26,915 bases of DNA from a virus (lineage: Duplodnaviria > Heunggongvirae > Uroviricota > Caudoviricetes). Both the position numbers and the translations under genes were made by a program. Below the pieces are notes generated by a model. It saw only the letters and a list, made by a program, of their open reading frames with translations, made no database searches and had not been told where the DNA came from. The stretch's first letter is position 1, and every line of letters begins with the position of its first letter. Below are positions 8,074-18,616 of this stretch, one piece after another. The DNA lies in the IMG/VR virus record IMGVR_UViG_2541047885_000002, positions 1 to 26,915 of that record; one strand, 5' to 3'.

Positions 8074-8430
8074 TGGCAAACGCAAAACTGCGTTATCGGA
8101 AAAATCAAAGCATTACGAGAACTGAGCAACGGCTATCCATTACAAAGCCCATCTACGGGTGGGCTTGATAATGAAACCGGAATTTATTCTGGGTAACCAG
8201 TTACGGCAGTACAGCGAAACAACCCAAGCCAGTAAGAGGGGAAATAACACTGGCAGCCACTGAAAGATGAAGCTCCTGCCTTAAGGCAAAAAAGATTCTT
8301 TGTGGTGGCGGACTGATGGAAAGACATCGGTTATTGCAGAGGCCATTCAATGAGTGGTCTCGACAATGGCTTATACCCTACACGGGATAACTTAACTGAT
8401 ATCCCTTTTAACGGATAAACGGAGCCAACA

Positions 8431-8673
8431 ATGGCAGAGATTATTCCCATGACTGAAGAACAGAAATTCCAGTTAGAGATTTACAAACTGGTCATGAACC
8501 AGAACGCAGCCGCAGAAGAAGCATTTCAATTCATTGGCACTGACGAGCTGAAGCTTGAGCTATTCAAAATTCACTTCCAGTCAGGCGGCGCTAATTCAGA
8601 TATCACGACCCGCACTATCGAAGCGGTGCGTAAATCGAAGGAAGCGTTAGACCTGTTCACCACCGGAGCATGA
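8431..8673 (+). CDS. Hypothetical protein
   Basis: ATG preceded by SD GGAG; 80 aa, acidic. No family recognised. Confidence 0.5.
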   Translation: MAEIIPMTEEQKFQLEIYKLVMNQNAAAEEAFQFIGTDELKLELFKIHFQSGGANSDITTRTIEAVRKSKEALDLFTTGA

Positions 8674-8674
8674 T

Positions 8675-8854
8675 GTGAGCCGCGCAATCAATTTGGGTAA
8701 GGAGAAGAAATTCCCAATTACTCAAGAGCTATACGAGAGGCTGGAAAGCGTCATCCATGATTACGATGGTGAAATCAGTTTATGCGAGGCGATTGGCACA
8801 CTCGAATTGCTGAAGCAGTCACTGATTGAAGGCGCGAAAGAGTCCTCAACCTGA
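8675..8854 (+). CDS. Hypothetical small protein (59 aa, not in track)
   Basis: GTG start 7 nt after SD CCGGAG, abutting the upstream stop; translation VSRAINLGKEKKFPITQELYERLESVIHDYDGEISLCEAIGTLELLKQSLIEGAKESST; followed by a terminator. Confidence 0.4.
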   Translation: MSRAINLGKEKKFPITQELYERLESVIHDYDGEISLCEAIGTLELLKQSLIEGAKESST

Positions 8855-8879
8855 AATGACAATTAAGTGAGATGAATAT

Positions 8880-8906
8880 GGCAGCACTCAACATGCTGCC
8901 TTTTAT
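8880..8906 (+). terminator. Intrinsic terminator between convergent genes
   Basis: GGCAGCA (8880-8886), loop CTCAACA, TGCTGCC (8894-8900), then TTTTAT. Confidence 0.65.
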
Positions 8907-8917
8907 CGTTGATTAGT

Positions 8918-9157
8918 TTAACCGCGAGCTTCACGACCGTTTTCGTCTTCAGGCACACGGAAACGCCAGTACTTATCTGGCTTAACCCAAACAACACTTT
9001 CACCGCTATCAACCCTGAATTTATTAATCACTTTTGTTGATAGCGCTTGGTTGCCATCCGCATTTTCTTTGAGGTGCTGCTCGTTATGTTGTTTAACGAG
9101 ATAATCCACAACATCCTGCTGATAAAGGCAACCCTCTGTTGATAAAACGGACATCAT
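8918..9157 (-). CDS. Hypothetical protein (minus-strand moron)
   Basis: 79-aa ORF antisense to the late operon, downstream of and co-oriented with the DUF2158-like gene. Start (9157 or 9154) uncertain, no strong SD. Confidence 0.5.
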   Translation of the reverse strand: MMSVLSTEGCLYQQDVVDYLVKQHNEQHLKENADGNQALSTKVINKFRVDSGESVVWVKPDKYWRFRVPEDENGREARG

Positions 9158-9201
9158 CCATGATGAAATATCATCAAGAGTTAAGGTTGGTGTGTTTGGG
9201 A

Positions 9202-9384
9202 CTATGGCTTTGGGGTAACGCGCTCAAGAGATTCCGGTTTGAAATATCCTTGCTCAAGCTTCTTGCCAGCAAACCATTGACAAAGAAAAGAGTTACCGTG
9301 GGTAGATGAAAATGACCTGATAGTCATGTCAGGTCCGCCTGATTTCAGTTTAACAATGTCACCTGTTTTAAAGTCATCGTTCAT
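9202..9384 (-). CDS. Small YodC/DUF2158-like protein (minus-strand moron)
   Basis: 60 aa MNDDFKTGDIVKLKSGGPDMTI..., recalled as the KSGGP-motif DUF2158 family; SD GGAG 6 nt upstream of ATG at 9384. The track's longer ORF from 9417 is rejected. Confidence 0.6.
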   Translation of the reverse strand: MNDDFKTGDIVKLKSGGPDMTIRSFSSTHGNSFLCQWFAGKKLEQGYFKPESLERVTPKP

Positions 9385-9410
9385 AACAATCTCCTTATGG
9401 GAAGTAAAAA

Positions 9411-9938
9411 ATGGCACTCACCGACAAACAAGAAATGTTCTGTCGCGAGTACCTCATCGATTTAAATGCCACGCAAGCGGCTATTCGGGCGGGGTACAGC
9501 GCAAAGACAGCTAACCGTACCGCATCCGAAAACCTGTCAAAACCTGATATCAAGTTAAGAATCTCCGAACTGAAAGCGCAACGCAATGATCTTGTTGGTA
9601 TTAATGCAGAATATGTACTTAATCGCCTTATTGAAATCGACCAGATGGATGTGCTCGACATTCTCCTGCAAAACGGCGAGTTAAAGCCAATTAAAGACTG
9701 GCCTAAGGTATGGCGCACAACGCTATCAGGAATGGATGTCGTGGAGATGGTATCCGCAGATAGCGCCGCACTTCTGAAGAAAATCAAATGGCCTGATAAG
9801 GTTAAAAACCTCGAACTTCTTGGTAAGCATGTTTCTGTTCAGGCGTTTAAAGAACAAGCTTCTCACGAATTAACAGGCAAAGACGGCGGCGCAATCCAGA
9901 TTGAAACATCACCGATGAGCACTCTATTCGGAAAATGA
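9411..9938 (+). CDS. terS: Terminase small subunit (Terminase_2 family)
   Basis: N-terminus MALTDKQEMFCREYLIDLNATQAAIRAGYSAKTA is the Terminase_2 signature; directly upstream of and overlapping terL. Confidence 0.85.
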   Translation: MALTDKQEMFCREYLIDLNATQAAIRAGYSAKTANRTASENLSKPDIKLRISELKAQRNDLVGINAEYVLNRLIEIDQMDVLDILLQNGELKPIKDWPKVWRTTLSGMDVVEMVSADSAALLKKIKWPDKVKNLELLGKHVSVQAFKEQASHELTGKDGGAIQIETSPMSTLFGK

Positions 9939-11350
9939 CCTCGATTAATCCTATCTTTGAACCGTTCATTGAGGCGCATCGCTACAAAGTCGCCAAAGGC
10001 GGTCGAGGTAGCGGTAAGTCATGGGCAATTGCGAGGCTTCTTGTTGAAGCGGTGCGTCGGCAGCCTGTGCGTATTCTTTGCGCTCGTGAGCTGCAAAACA
10101 GTATCAGCGATTCGGTAATCAGGTTGCTTGAAGACACCATCGAGCGTGAAGGGTATTCGGCTGAGTTTGAAATTCAGCGTTCAATGATTCGTCATCTCGG
10201 AACGAATGCTGAATTCATGTTCTACGGCATCAAAAACAACCCGACGAAGATTAAATCGCTCGAAGGCATTGATATCTGCTGGGTGGAAGAAGCGGAAGCG
10301 GTAACAAAGGAATCGTGGGATATCCTGATACCAACCATCCGCAAGCCGTTTTCCGAAATATGGGTGAGCTTTAACCCGAAGAACATCCTCGACGATACCT
10401 ATCAGCGATTCGTCGTAAATCCTCCTGATGATATTTGTCTGCTGACGGTGAACTACACCGACAACCCGCACTTTCCTGAAGTTCTCCGTCTGGAGATGGA
10501 AGAGTGTAAACGCAGAAATCCGACACTGTATCGTCACATCTGGCTTGGTGAGCCAGTAAGCGCAAGTGATATGGCAATCATCAAACGTGAATGGCTTGAA
10601 GCCGCAACCGATGCGCACAAGAAACTCGGATGGAAAGCGAAAGGCGCGGTTGTCTCTGCGCATGACCCGTCAGATACAGGGCCAGATGCTAAAGGTTACG
10701 CATCGCGTCACGGTTCGGTGGTTAAGCGCATTGCCGAAGGCCTGCTGATGGACATCAACGAGGGTGCTGACTGGGCTACTTCGCTGGCGATTGAAGACGG
10801 CGCTGACCACTACCTGTGGGATGGCGATGGTGTCGGTGCCGGGCTACGCAGACAGACAACGGAAGCGTTCTCCGGTAAGAAAATCACCGCCACGATGTTC
10901 AAGGGCAGCGAATCGCCATTCGATGAAGATGCGCCTTATCAGGCCGGGGCATGGGCTGATGAAGTCGTGCAGGGCGACAACGTTCGCACTATTGGCGATG
11001 TGTTCCGCAATAAGCGAGCGCAATTCTATTACGCGCTGGCTGACAGGCTGTATCTGACATATCGGGCGGTTGTTTACGGTGAGTATGCAGACCCCGACGA
11101 CATGCTGAGTTTCGACAAAGAAGCGATAGGCGAGAAGATGCTGGAGAAGCTGTTTGCAGAACTGACGCAGATTCAGCGCAAATTCAATAACAACGGGAAG
11201 CTGGAGCTTATGACCAAGGTCGAAATGAAGCAGAAGCTCGGTATTCCATCTCCTAACCTGGCTGATGCGCTGATGATGTGTATGCATTGCCCGGAGTCGG
11301 CTGCGAAACCCGACTATTCCAGTTACTCAATTCCTTGTGGTGTAGGTTGA
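9935..11350 (+). CDS. terL: Terminase large subunit
   Basis: Walker A KGGRGSGKS near the N-terminus, acidic nuclease-domain residues, 471 aa, ATGA overlap with terS. Confidence 0.9.
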   Translation: MTSINPIFEPFIEAHRYKVAKGGRGSGKSWAIARLLVEAVRRQPVRILCARELQNSISDSVIRLLEDTIEREGYSAEFEIQRSMIRHLGTNAEFMFYGIKNNPTKIKSLEGIDICWVEEAEAVTKESWDILIPTIRKPFSEIWVSFNPKNILDDTYQRFVVNPPDDICLLTVNYTDNPHFPEVLRLEMEECKRRNPTLYRHIWLGEPVSASDMAIIKREWLEAATDAHKKLGWKAKGAVVSAHDPSDTGPDAKGYASRHGSVVKRIAEGLLMDINEGADWATSLAIEDGADHYLWDGDGVGAGLRRQTTEAFSGKKITATMFKGSESPFDEDAPYQAGAWADEVVQGDNVRTIGDVFRNKRAQFYYALADRLYLTYRAVVYGEYADPDDMLSFDKEAIGEKMLEKLFAELTQIQRKFNNNGKLELMTKVEMKQKLGIPSPNLADALMMCMHCPESAAKPDYSSYSIPCGVG

Positions 11351-11351
11351 T

Positions 11352-13550
11352 ATGGCAGAAAAAAAGATGACTGACTGGCATCGCAAGGTGCTGTGCAACT
11401 TTGATAATGCCTGGTCAGCAACGCAGGATATGCGTGAGCAGATTATTGAGGCTCAACGTTTCGTCCGGGTATCCGGCGCACAGTGGGAAGGCAGCACAAA
11501 CGCTGGTTACTCATTTGATGAAGGCAGGTTTGAGCATTACCCGCGCTTTGAACTGAATAAGATTGCCCGTGAATGTGATCGCATCATTGGCGAGTATCGA
11601 CAGAATCGCATCAGCGTTAAATTCAGGCCGAAGGACGATAAGGCATCGGAAGCGTTAGCCGAAAAGATGAACGGCAAATTCCGCGCTGACTATCAGGAAA
11701 CATCCGGTGGCGAAGCGTGTGATAACGCATTTGATGATGCTGTAACGGGCGGATTCGGTTGTTTCCGCATGTGTGCCGATTACGAAGATGAAATGGATCC
11801 GAGTAACGATCAGCGACGCATCAGTCTTCTTCCTGTTTACGACCCAGCGACATGCGTCTTCTTCGATCAGGACAGCAAGCAATATGACCGATCTGATGCT
11901 ATGTGGGCTATGGAAATGTTTTCCATGACGCCTAAAGCGTTCGAGGCTGAATACCCTGATTCCATCGCGGCAAGCCTTTCTCGTGATAACACTGGTACTC
12001 AGTATGACTGGTCAACGCCTGATGCCATCTATGTTGGACGCTACTACGAAGTTCGCGTAGAGAAGGTGAAGCTCACAGCATGGCGTAACCCTGTTAGCGG
12101 AGAAACGGCAATCTATGATGAAGATCAAATCAAAGATATTGTCGACGAGCTGACCGATGGCGCATTCGAACTGATTGGTGAGCGGACAGTGAAGAAACGC
12201 CGAGTTTATTGCGGTCTTCTGTCTGGCGCTGAATGGCTGGAAGAACCGAAGCGTATTCCGGGCGAACATATTCCTCTCATCCCGGTATATGGGCGTCGTT
12301 CATTTGTTGATAATCAGGAGCGAATCGAAGGCCACGCAGCAAAAGCGATGGATGCACAGCGTCTTGAGAACCTGATGGTTTCCATGATTGCAGATAACGC
12401 TACTCAGGCTGGCGGCGATGGCATTCCTGTAGTTGATGTTGACATGATTCCTGGTCCTCTTGCCACTCATTGGGCGGAGCGCAACAAAAAGCGCCCGGCG
12501 TTCCTGCCGATGGTCAGTCTGAAAAACAAAAACGGAGATATTACTGCGCAGGCTCAGGTCAGCAGTTATACACCTCCGACACAAATGCCTCCTGCTCTTG
12601 CCGGGCTATTGCAGTACACCGGAACGGCTATTCAGCAAATTACAGGTGCGTCGCAGCTTGAGAATATGCCGAGCAACGTCGCTACCGATACCGTTGATAG
12701 CATCTTTAACCGGATGGACACGCAGTCCTATATCTACATGGACAACATGGCTAAATCCATGCGCCGCGCTGGCGTCGTGTGGCTTTCTATGGCGCGTGAA
12801 GTCTATGGCAGCGATACGCCGATGCGTATCGTTAATGAGGACGGCAGCGATGACGTGGCGCTGATGACTGGTGAAGTGGTTGACCGTCAGACAGGGCAGG
12901 TTATCGCTCTTAACGACCTTTCGCAGGGTAACTATGAAGTGACTGTCGATGTTGGTCAGTCGTTCGCTACTCGCCGTGATGCAACGGTTAAGTCGTTACT
13001 TTCCATGCTGGCACTTATCCCACCGGGAACGCAGAAGCACGACCTTGTATCGTCGATGATTCTCGACAATATGGACGGCGAAGGGATGGACGACCTTAAA
13101 GAATACAACCGCAATCAGTTGCTTCTGTCTGGCGTTATCAAGCCGAGAACGCCTGAAGAACAGCAGATGGTTGAACAGGCGAAACAACAACAGGCCAGTC
13201 AGCCAGATCCGGCTATGGTTGCAGCGCAAGGTCAGCTTCTTGCAGGTCAGGCTGAATTGCAGAAAGCGCAGAACGAACAGGCAGCCATTCAGGTTAAAGC
13301 ATTCCAGGCACAGACTGATGCTCAGGTTGCAGCGGCAAACGTTGTGAAAATCCTCGCATCTGCCGATAGCCAGCAGAAATCTGATATCCGCGAGGCTCTG
13401 AAACTGCTCGGACAGTTCCAGCAACAGCAAGGAGACAATGCCCGTGCTGATGCAGAGCTTGTCCTGAAAAGTCAGGCACAGGGTCATGCGCAGCGAATGG
13501 ACATCAGCAGCATCCTGCAAAAATCAACCCAGCAACAATCACAGCAGTAA
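11352..13550 (+). CDS. Portal protein (P22 gp1-like)
   Basis: 732 aa with GEHIPLIPVYG and a long Gln-rich C-terminal helical region (PDPAMVAAQGQLLAGQAELQKAQNEQ...QRMDISSILQ) matching what I recall of the P22 gp1 barrel. Confidence 0.93.
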   Translation: MAEKKMTDWHRKVLCNFDNAWSATQDMREQIIEAQRFVRVSGAQWEGSTNAGYSFDEGRFEHYPRFELNKIARECDRIIGEYRQNRISVKFRPKDDKASEALAEKMNGKFRADYQETSGGEACDNAFDDAVTGGFGCFRMCADYEDEMDPSNDQRRISLLPVYDPATCVFFDQDSKQYDRSDAMWAMEMFSMTPKAFEAEYPDSIAASLSRDNTGTQYDWSTPDAIYVGRYYEVRVEKVKLTAWRNPVSGETAIYDEDQIKDIVDELTDGAFELIGERTVKKRRVYCGLLSGAEWLEEPKRIPGEHIPLIPVYGRRSFVDNQERIEGHAAKAMDAQRLENLMVSMIADNATQAGGDGIPVVDVDMIPGPLATHWAERNKKRPAFLPMVSLKNKNGDITAQAQVSSYTPPTQMPPALAGLLQYTGTAIQQITGASQLENMPSNVATDTVDSIFNRMDTQSYIYMDNMAKSMRRAGVVWLSMAREVYGSDTPMRIVNEDGSDDVALMTGEVVDRQTGQVIALNDLSQGNYEVTVDVGQSFATRRDATVKSLLSMLALIPPGTQKHDLVSSMILDNMDGEGMDDLKEYNRNQLLLSGVIKPRTPEEQQMVEQAKQQQASQPDPAMVAAQGQLLAGQAELQKAQNEQAAIQVKAFQAQTDAQVAAANVVKILASADSQQKSDIREALKLLGQFQQQQGDNARADAELVLKSQAQGHAQRMDISSILQKSTQQQSQQ

Positions 13551-13640
13551 TTAACCAATAACGTGCAATGGCTGTCTTTATGAGGCCTGGCACCCTATTG
13601 CCTTCCGATGGGCTGAACATCGAGTAAACAGGGGTAACAA

Positions 13641-14537
13641 ATGGACCAGATGGCAGAAAACACACCAGAAGTTGAAATAGAAACCGATACATCAGAGCAG
13701 ATTCCTGATGATGTCGAACTGGCTGAAGAAGTCGAAACAGAAGATGGCAGTGAGTCCTCCGGCAATGATGCAGAGGAAGCTACTGAAACTGATGACGACG
13801 AATCAGAACAGGAATTCTACTTTGGTGACGAAAAGCTGGATTCGCCAACCAGCGAAGATGGCGCTGAGCATGGACTGGTAAAACACCTGCGCAAGACGAT
13901 TAAAGAGAAAGACCGCGAGCTGAAAGAGCTGATGCGTCAGTCCCAGAAACCCGTCGAGCAGCAGCCGGTAATCACTCAACCACCGCGAATGCCAAAACTG
14001 GATGATGAGGACATCGGTTTCGATGAAGAAATCTACCAGCAACGCATGGCTAAGTGGGCGGAGGACAACGGCAAATACCAGGAGCAAGTACGAGAGCGGA
14101 AACGAGAGGAAGAGGCGCGTACCGCAACGCTTCAGCAGAAAGCAGCCAATTACATGCATAGAGTAAAAGCACTGAAAGTGGCTGGTTACCAGGATGCAGA
14201 GCAGGCTGTACGCGAAGATGTTCCTGTTCACATTCAGGACATGATCCTTCTTGAGTCAGAGAAGCCGGAAATCGTTGTTCTGGCACTCGGTCGCAACGCT
14301 GAACTGCGCAAGCAACTGGCAGAAGCTACCAACCCCGTAGCAATTGGTCGTCTGCTGGAACGTATCGAATCGAAGGCCAGAATCATGCCAAAAGCAAAAA
14401 CCACGGCAGCCACAACCCCGACAGTTAAGGGGAGCAACGGCGCAGTAATCAATAACCTCGACAAACTTCTCGAAAAAGCGCGCGACACCGGTGATTACAC
14501 CGAATACCGGGCGGCGAAGAACAAAGCTAAAAAATAA
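13641..14537 (+). CDS. Scaffolding protein (P22 gp8-like)
   Basis: Position between portal and coat; highly acidic N-terminus, coiled-coil middle, basic helix-turn-helix-like C-terminus (DTGDYTEYRAAKNKAKK); SD AGGGG. Confidence 0.8.
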   Translation: MDQMAENTPEVEIETDTSEQIPDDVELAEEVETEDGSESSGNDAEEATETDDDESEQEFYFGDEKLDSPTSEDGAEHGLVKHLRKTIKEKDRELKELMRQSQKPVEQQPVITQPPRMPKLDDEDIGFDEEIYQQRMAKWAEDNGKYQEQVRERKREEEARTATLQQKAANYMHRVKALKVAGYQDAEQAVREDVPVHIQDMILLESEKPEIVVLALGRNAELRKQLAEATNPVAIGRLLERIESKARIMPKAKTTAATTPTVKGSNGAVINNLDKLLEKARDTGDYTEYRAAKNKAKK

Positions 14538-14557
14538 TCCATCGGAGCTAAATACCT

Positions 14558-15817
14558 ATGTCTAACCAGTTAACAAAAGACCTCGAAATCCTCTTTGAGA
14601 GCGTCATTGATAGTTTTGAGGCGTCCAATGTCGTTTCCCGCGAGTGCAGCAAGTTCCGACCGGGCGACATTGAAATGCAGCGCGCTGGCGACGTTGTTTA
14701 TCGCCCTCAGGGCTACCACCTGAAAACCGTGAGCGGACTTGATCTGACTTCGGCCACTGCAAACTCACTCGTTCAGCGTCAGGTGCCTGCTCGCTTCCGC
14801 GAGCCAGAGAACGTCATCTACGAACTGGACGCAAAAGAAATGCGCGATCCGTGGCACAAAGAGCAGGCTGGCAAGGCGGCGGGTCGCCAGTTGGCGGCGT
14901 GGGTTGATAACATGATCGTCGATGAGGTGGTCGCTCGCTCCACCAACGTGGTCACCATTAAATCGGCGTCCACCGGTAGCACTCTCGGCGAAGAACTCTG
15001 GAACGCATCGGCTGACGTTGATGCAATGATGCTGTCCATTGGTGTGCCTCAGGGTGGTCAGCGCAAGGCGTTCTACAACCCGTTCAACTACAAAGACCTG
15101 GCTAAGGAGCTTGGCTCTCGCGCATATGCGGTCGGTGCAACTCTGACAGCCTATGAGAAAGCTCAGATTCCACCTGTGGCATCCTTCGACAGTTTCCGCG
15201 TTGATTATGCTGGCGCAATGAAGGCTGGTTCAGCTACCGCTGTAACTCTCGGCGGCGCAGTAAAACACAAAGTTACCGCGATGGATTCCAACGGCGCGCC
15301 TACCGATAACCGCCAGGGTGACATCACCGTATCCACTGCTGGCGTACTGGCTGTCGGCGATGCATTCACTATCGCAGGCGTTAACAGTGTCCACATGATC
15401 AAGAAGGTGGATACAGGTAAGCCGCAGGTATTCCGCGTCCTGGCAGTAAATGGCACTACCGTTACCATCAGCCCGAAAATTCTGCCACCAGACAACGCGG
15501 ATAAGGCGTCTATTCCTTACCAGAACGTTACCGCCAATCCGGTGGCAAACGCGGCGATCACCATCCTCAACAAGAAGGCTGCGGCTTCCAACATCTTCTT
15601 CGCTGAGGGTTCTGTTGAGCTGATGTATGGCAAGTTGGCATTCCCTACCGGCCAGGGTCCGCAGGTTATGACCGCAACGACCGAGCAGGGTGCGACCATC
15701 ATCATGGCTTACCAATTCGACGCTAAATCTGGCAAAACGTGGACTCGCTTCACCACGCTGGCTGGCGCAAGCGTACTGGTCCCGGAATTCACCGGCCTGG
15801 TACTGGCTAACCAGTAA
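14558..15817 (+). CDS. Major capsid (coat) protein
   Basis: 419 aa directly after the scaffold gene and followed by a strong terminator; assignment by synteny and size. Confidence 0.8.
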   Translation: MSNQLTKDLEILFESVIDSFEASNVVSRECSKFRPGDIEMQRAGDVVYRPQGYHLKTVSGLDLTSATANSLVQRQVPARFREPENVIYELDAKEMRDPWHKEQAGKAAGRQLAAWVDNMIVDEVVARSTNVVTIKSASTGSTLGEELWNASADVDAMMLSIGVPQGGQRKAFYNPFNYKDLAKELGSRAYAVGATLTAYEKAQIPPVASFDSFRVDYAGAMKAGSATAVTLGGAVKHKVTAMDSNGAPTDNRQGDITVSTAGVLAVGDAFTIAGVNSVHMIKKVDTGKPQVFRVLAVNGTTVTISPKILPPDNADKASIPYQNVTANPVANAAITILNKKAAASNIFFAEGSVELMYGKLAFPTGQGPQVMTATTEQGATIIMAYQFDAKSGKTWTRFTTLAGASVLVPEFTGLVLANQ

Positions 15818-15821
15818 TCCA

Positions 15822-15848
15822 AGGGGCTTCGGCCCCTCTTTTTTTTGG
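15822..15848 (+). terminator. Intrinsic terminator after the coat gene
   Basis: AGGGGC (15822-15827), loop TTCG, GCCCCT (15832-15837), then CTTTTTTTTT. Confidence 0.85.
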
Positions 15849-15856
15849 AGATCGAA

Positions 15857-16045
15857 ATGTCTCAAATCATGCTTTATAAGCCGGGAACGATGATCACCTG
15901 CGGCCCCCACTCGCTGGATTACATCATCGTTGATGACGAAGAAGTTAAATCTCACCTGAAAAAAGGCTGGGTAAAAACTCCTGAAGAAACCGCAACGAAG
16001 CAAAAAGTGGCTAAGGCGGAAGAAGATGGCGAAAACGAAGGGTGA
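15857..16045 (+). CDS. Hypothetical small protein
   Basis: ATG 6 nt after SD GGAG; 62 aa; between the coat and gp4-like genes. Confidence 0.5.
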   Translation: MSQIMLYKPGTMITCGPHSLDYIIVDDEEVKSHLKKGWVKTPEETATKQKVAKAEEDGENEG

Positions 16046-16487
16046 TCTCGTTCTAAAGGCTTTACGAAAAGCCGGGCTGTATTCCAATGCCACGTTGACA
16101 GATGCTGACCCTCAGGCAATTGAAGATGCCATTAATGACCTCGAAGACATGATGGCAGCATGGCAGGCTAAAGGTATCGAGCTTGGATATCAGTTTGCTG
16201 ATACAGAAAACGGCATCATGCCGTTACCTGACGATGATTCAGGTATCCCTGCATGGGCAAATGATGGCGTCGCTTTGAAACTCGCTGTGCAAGTGTGCAT
16301 GGATAACGTCATTCAGCCGTCAGACGCTCTCCTTACCGCTGCTGACAGTGCATATCAAACAATCTGTATCGCTTTAACCAAAATACCACCACTTGAGCGA
16401 CGAAATGACATGCCTCGCGGGGCGGGGTTAAAAAGCGCGTTTACGTGGAATCGGTTTTACATCGAGAAAGATGATCCGAGTACGTGA
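16026..16487 (+). CDS. Tail adaptor / head-completion protein (P22 gp4-like)
   Basis: Starts MAKTKGDLVLKALRKAGL...ATLTDADPQAIEDAINDLEDMMAAW, which resembles what I recall of gp4; correct position before the gp10 homologue. Confidence 0.75.
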   Translation: MAKTKGDLVLKALRKAGLYSNATLTDADPQAIEDAINDLEDMMAAWQAKGIELGYQFADTENGIMPLPDDDSGIPAWANDGVALKLAVQVCMDNVIQPSDALLTAADSAYQTICIALTKIPPLERRNDMPRGAGLKSAFTWNRFYIEKDDPST

Positions 16488-16496
16488 GGTGAATAA

Positions 16497-17915
16497 ATGC
16501 CGATTCAGCAACTTCCGCTTATGAAAGGTGTCGGCAAAGACTTTCGAAACGCCGACTATATCGACTATCTGCCAGTGAATATGCTGGCTACGCCCAAAGA
16601 AATACTCAACAGCAGCGGATATCTTCGCTCATTCCCGGGCATTGCCAAACGTTCTGATGTGAACGGCGTATCGCGGGGCGTCGAGTACAACATGGCGCAG
16701 AATGCTGTTTATCGCGTATGTGGTGGTAAGCTGTACAAAGGAGAAAGTGAAGTCGGTGACGTCGCCGGAAGTGGTCGCGTATCAATGGCGCATGGTCGAA
16801 CATCACAGGCGGTAGGCGTTAATGGTCAACTGGTCGAATACCGCTATGATGGCACGGTTAAAACCGTCTCAAACTGGCCTACAGACAGCGGATTCACGCA
16901 GTATGAGTTAGGCTCAGTCCGCGACATTACGCGCTTGCGTGGGCGTTATGCGTGGTCAAAAGACGGCACTGATTCATGGTTTATCACTGACCTTGAAGAC
17001 GAATCGCATCCTGACCGTTACAGCGCACAATATCGCGCAGAATCTCAGCCGGACGGCATCATCGGCATCGGAACATGGCGAGACTTCATCGTCTGCTTTG
17101 GCTCATCGACGATTGAATATTTCTCCCTGACGGGCGCAACCACTGTTGGTGCCGCTTTGTATGTCGCCCAGCCATCGTTGATGGTGCAAAAAGGAATCGC
17201 CGGAACCTACTGCAAAACGCCGTTCGCCGATTCGTATGCGTTCATCAGCAATCCGGCAACAGGTGCGCCGTCTGTGTATATCATCGGCTCCGGTCAGGTA
17301 TCACCAATAGCCAGCGCGAGCATTGAGAAAATCCTCCGCTCCTACACTGCTGATGAACTGGCTGATGGTGTGATGGAATCGTTGCGGTTTGATGCTCATG
17401 AGTTGCTGATTATTCACCTGCCGCGCCACGTCCTCGTGTACGACGCATCTTCAAGCGCCAATGGTCCGCAATGGTGTGTACTGAAAACAGGCCTGTATGA
17501 CGATGTGTACCGCGCTATCGACTTCATTTACGAAGGCAACCAAATTACGTGCGGCGATAAGCTTGAATCGATGACAGGGAAATTGCAGTTCGACATCAGC
17601 AGCCAGTATGGGCTACAGCAAGAACACCTGTTGTTTACACCACTCTTCAAAGCTGAGAACGCCAGATGTTTTGATCTGGAAGTTGAATCATCGACTGGTG
17701 TCGCTCAGTACGCTGACCGCCTGTTCCTCTCTGCAACCACTGACGGCATCAATTGGGGAAAAGAGCAGATGATTGAGCAGAATGAACCGTTCGTTTACGA
17801 CAAACGCGTTTTGTGGAAGCGAGTAGGGCGCATCAGGAAAAATGTCGGCTTCAAATTGCGCGTTATCACGAAGTCACCTGTCACTCTGTCTGGCGCTCAG
17901 ATAAGGATCGAGTAA
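16497..17915 (+). CDS. Tail hub protein (P22 gp10-like)
   Basis: 472 aa, the length I recall for P22 gp10, starting [49 protein letters not shown]. Confidence 0.9.
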   Translation: MPIQQLPLMKGVGKDFRNADYIDYLPVNMLATPKEILNSSGYLRSFPGIAKRSDVNGVSRGVEYNMAQNAVYRVCGGKLYKGESEVGDVAGSGRVSMAHGRTSQAVGVNGQLVEYRYDGTVKTVSNWPTDSGFTQYELGSVRDITRLRGRYAWSKDGTDSWFITDLEDESHPDRYSAQYRAESQPDGIIGIGTWRDFIVCFGSSTIEYFSLTGATTVGAALYVAQPSLMVQKGIAGTYCKTPFADSYAFISNPATGAPSVYIIGSGQVSPIASASIEKILRSYTADELADGVMESLRFDAHELLIIHLPRHVLVYDASSSANGPQWCVLKTGLYDDVYRAIDFIYEGNQITCGDKLESMTGKLQFDISSQYGLQQEHLLFTPLFKAENARCFDLEVESSTGVAQYADRLFLSATTDGINWGKEQMIEQNEPFVYDKRVLWKRVGRIRKNVGFKLRVITKSPVTLSGAQIRIE

Positions 17916-18616
17916 TGGCTGATTCGAATCTCAACACCCCTGTTATTGTGCAGGCGACGCGGCTCGATACATCAATCCTTCCACGCAATATATTCAGCCA
18001 GTCTTACCTGCTGTATGTCATTAATCAGGGGGCTGATGTCGGCGCAATTGCCGGGAAGGCAAATCAGGCTGGTCAGGGCGCTTACGATGCTCAGGTGAAA
18101 AACGATGAACAGGACGTCGAACTGGCAGATCACGATTCAAGAATCACCGCAAACACAAAAGCGATAAATCTCCTTGAGGTCAGGTTAACAACCGCCGAAG
18201 GGAAGATAGTCGTACTGCGTAGCGATGTTGATTACTTGCTGGATGAGGTTATCGATATTCAGGCGCATCTGGTCACTGTTGACAAAAGACTGGATGGCGT
18301 AGAAAGCGATGTATCTGACATTAAGAGTGATTACGTATCGAAAACCGTAACAGAATCGCAGTCTCTTGCGTCACCGCTGGATGTAAAAACATCATATTCA
18401 GTTGATGGAATTCAGGTTGTTGGAGCAAGAAATACCGGATGGACTGCAGCCACAGGTACGCCACTTCTTGGCTCATTCAACGCTAACCAGTCATACACTG
18501 TCGGCACTACGTACACACAATCCGAAGTCGCAGCTCTCGCTACAGGTTTGCAGCAGGCGCGGCAGCGTATTCTGGCGCTTGAAACAGCACTTAGATTACA
18601 TGGGCTGATTGACTGA
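17915..18616 (+). CDS. Tail needle (P22 gp26-like)
   Basis: 233 aa; [73 protein letters not shown] and the C-terminal ...LRLHGLID match the gp26 pattern. Confidence 0.9.
   Translation: MADSNLNTPVIVQATRLDTSILPRNIFSQSYLLYVINQGADVGAIAGKANQAGQGAYDAQVKNDEQDVELADHDSRITANTKAINLLEVRLTTAEGKIVVLRSDVDYLLDEVIDIQAHLVTVDKRLDGVESDVSDIKSDYVSKTVTESQSLASPLDVKTSYSVDGIQVVGARNTGWTAATGTPLLGSFNANQSYTVGTTYTQSEVAALATGLQQARQRILALETALRLHGLID

Noticed and set aside
8145-8166. Hairpin AAGCCCA...TGGGCTT as a terminator
   Set aside because: No U-tract follows it on either strand.
15230-16093. 287-aa minus-strand ORF, and similar long antisense ORFs at 12996-13520, 10181-10663, 18412-18936 and 7728-8129
   Set aside because: They overlap well-supported plus-strand structural genes (coat, portal, terL, needle, KilA-N), lack SD sequences and have low-complexity translations; these are shadow ORFs.
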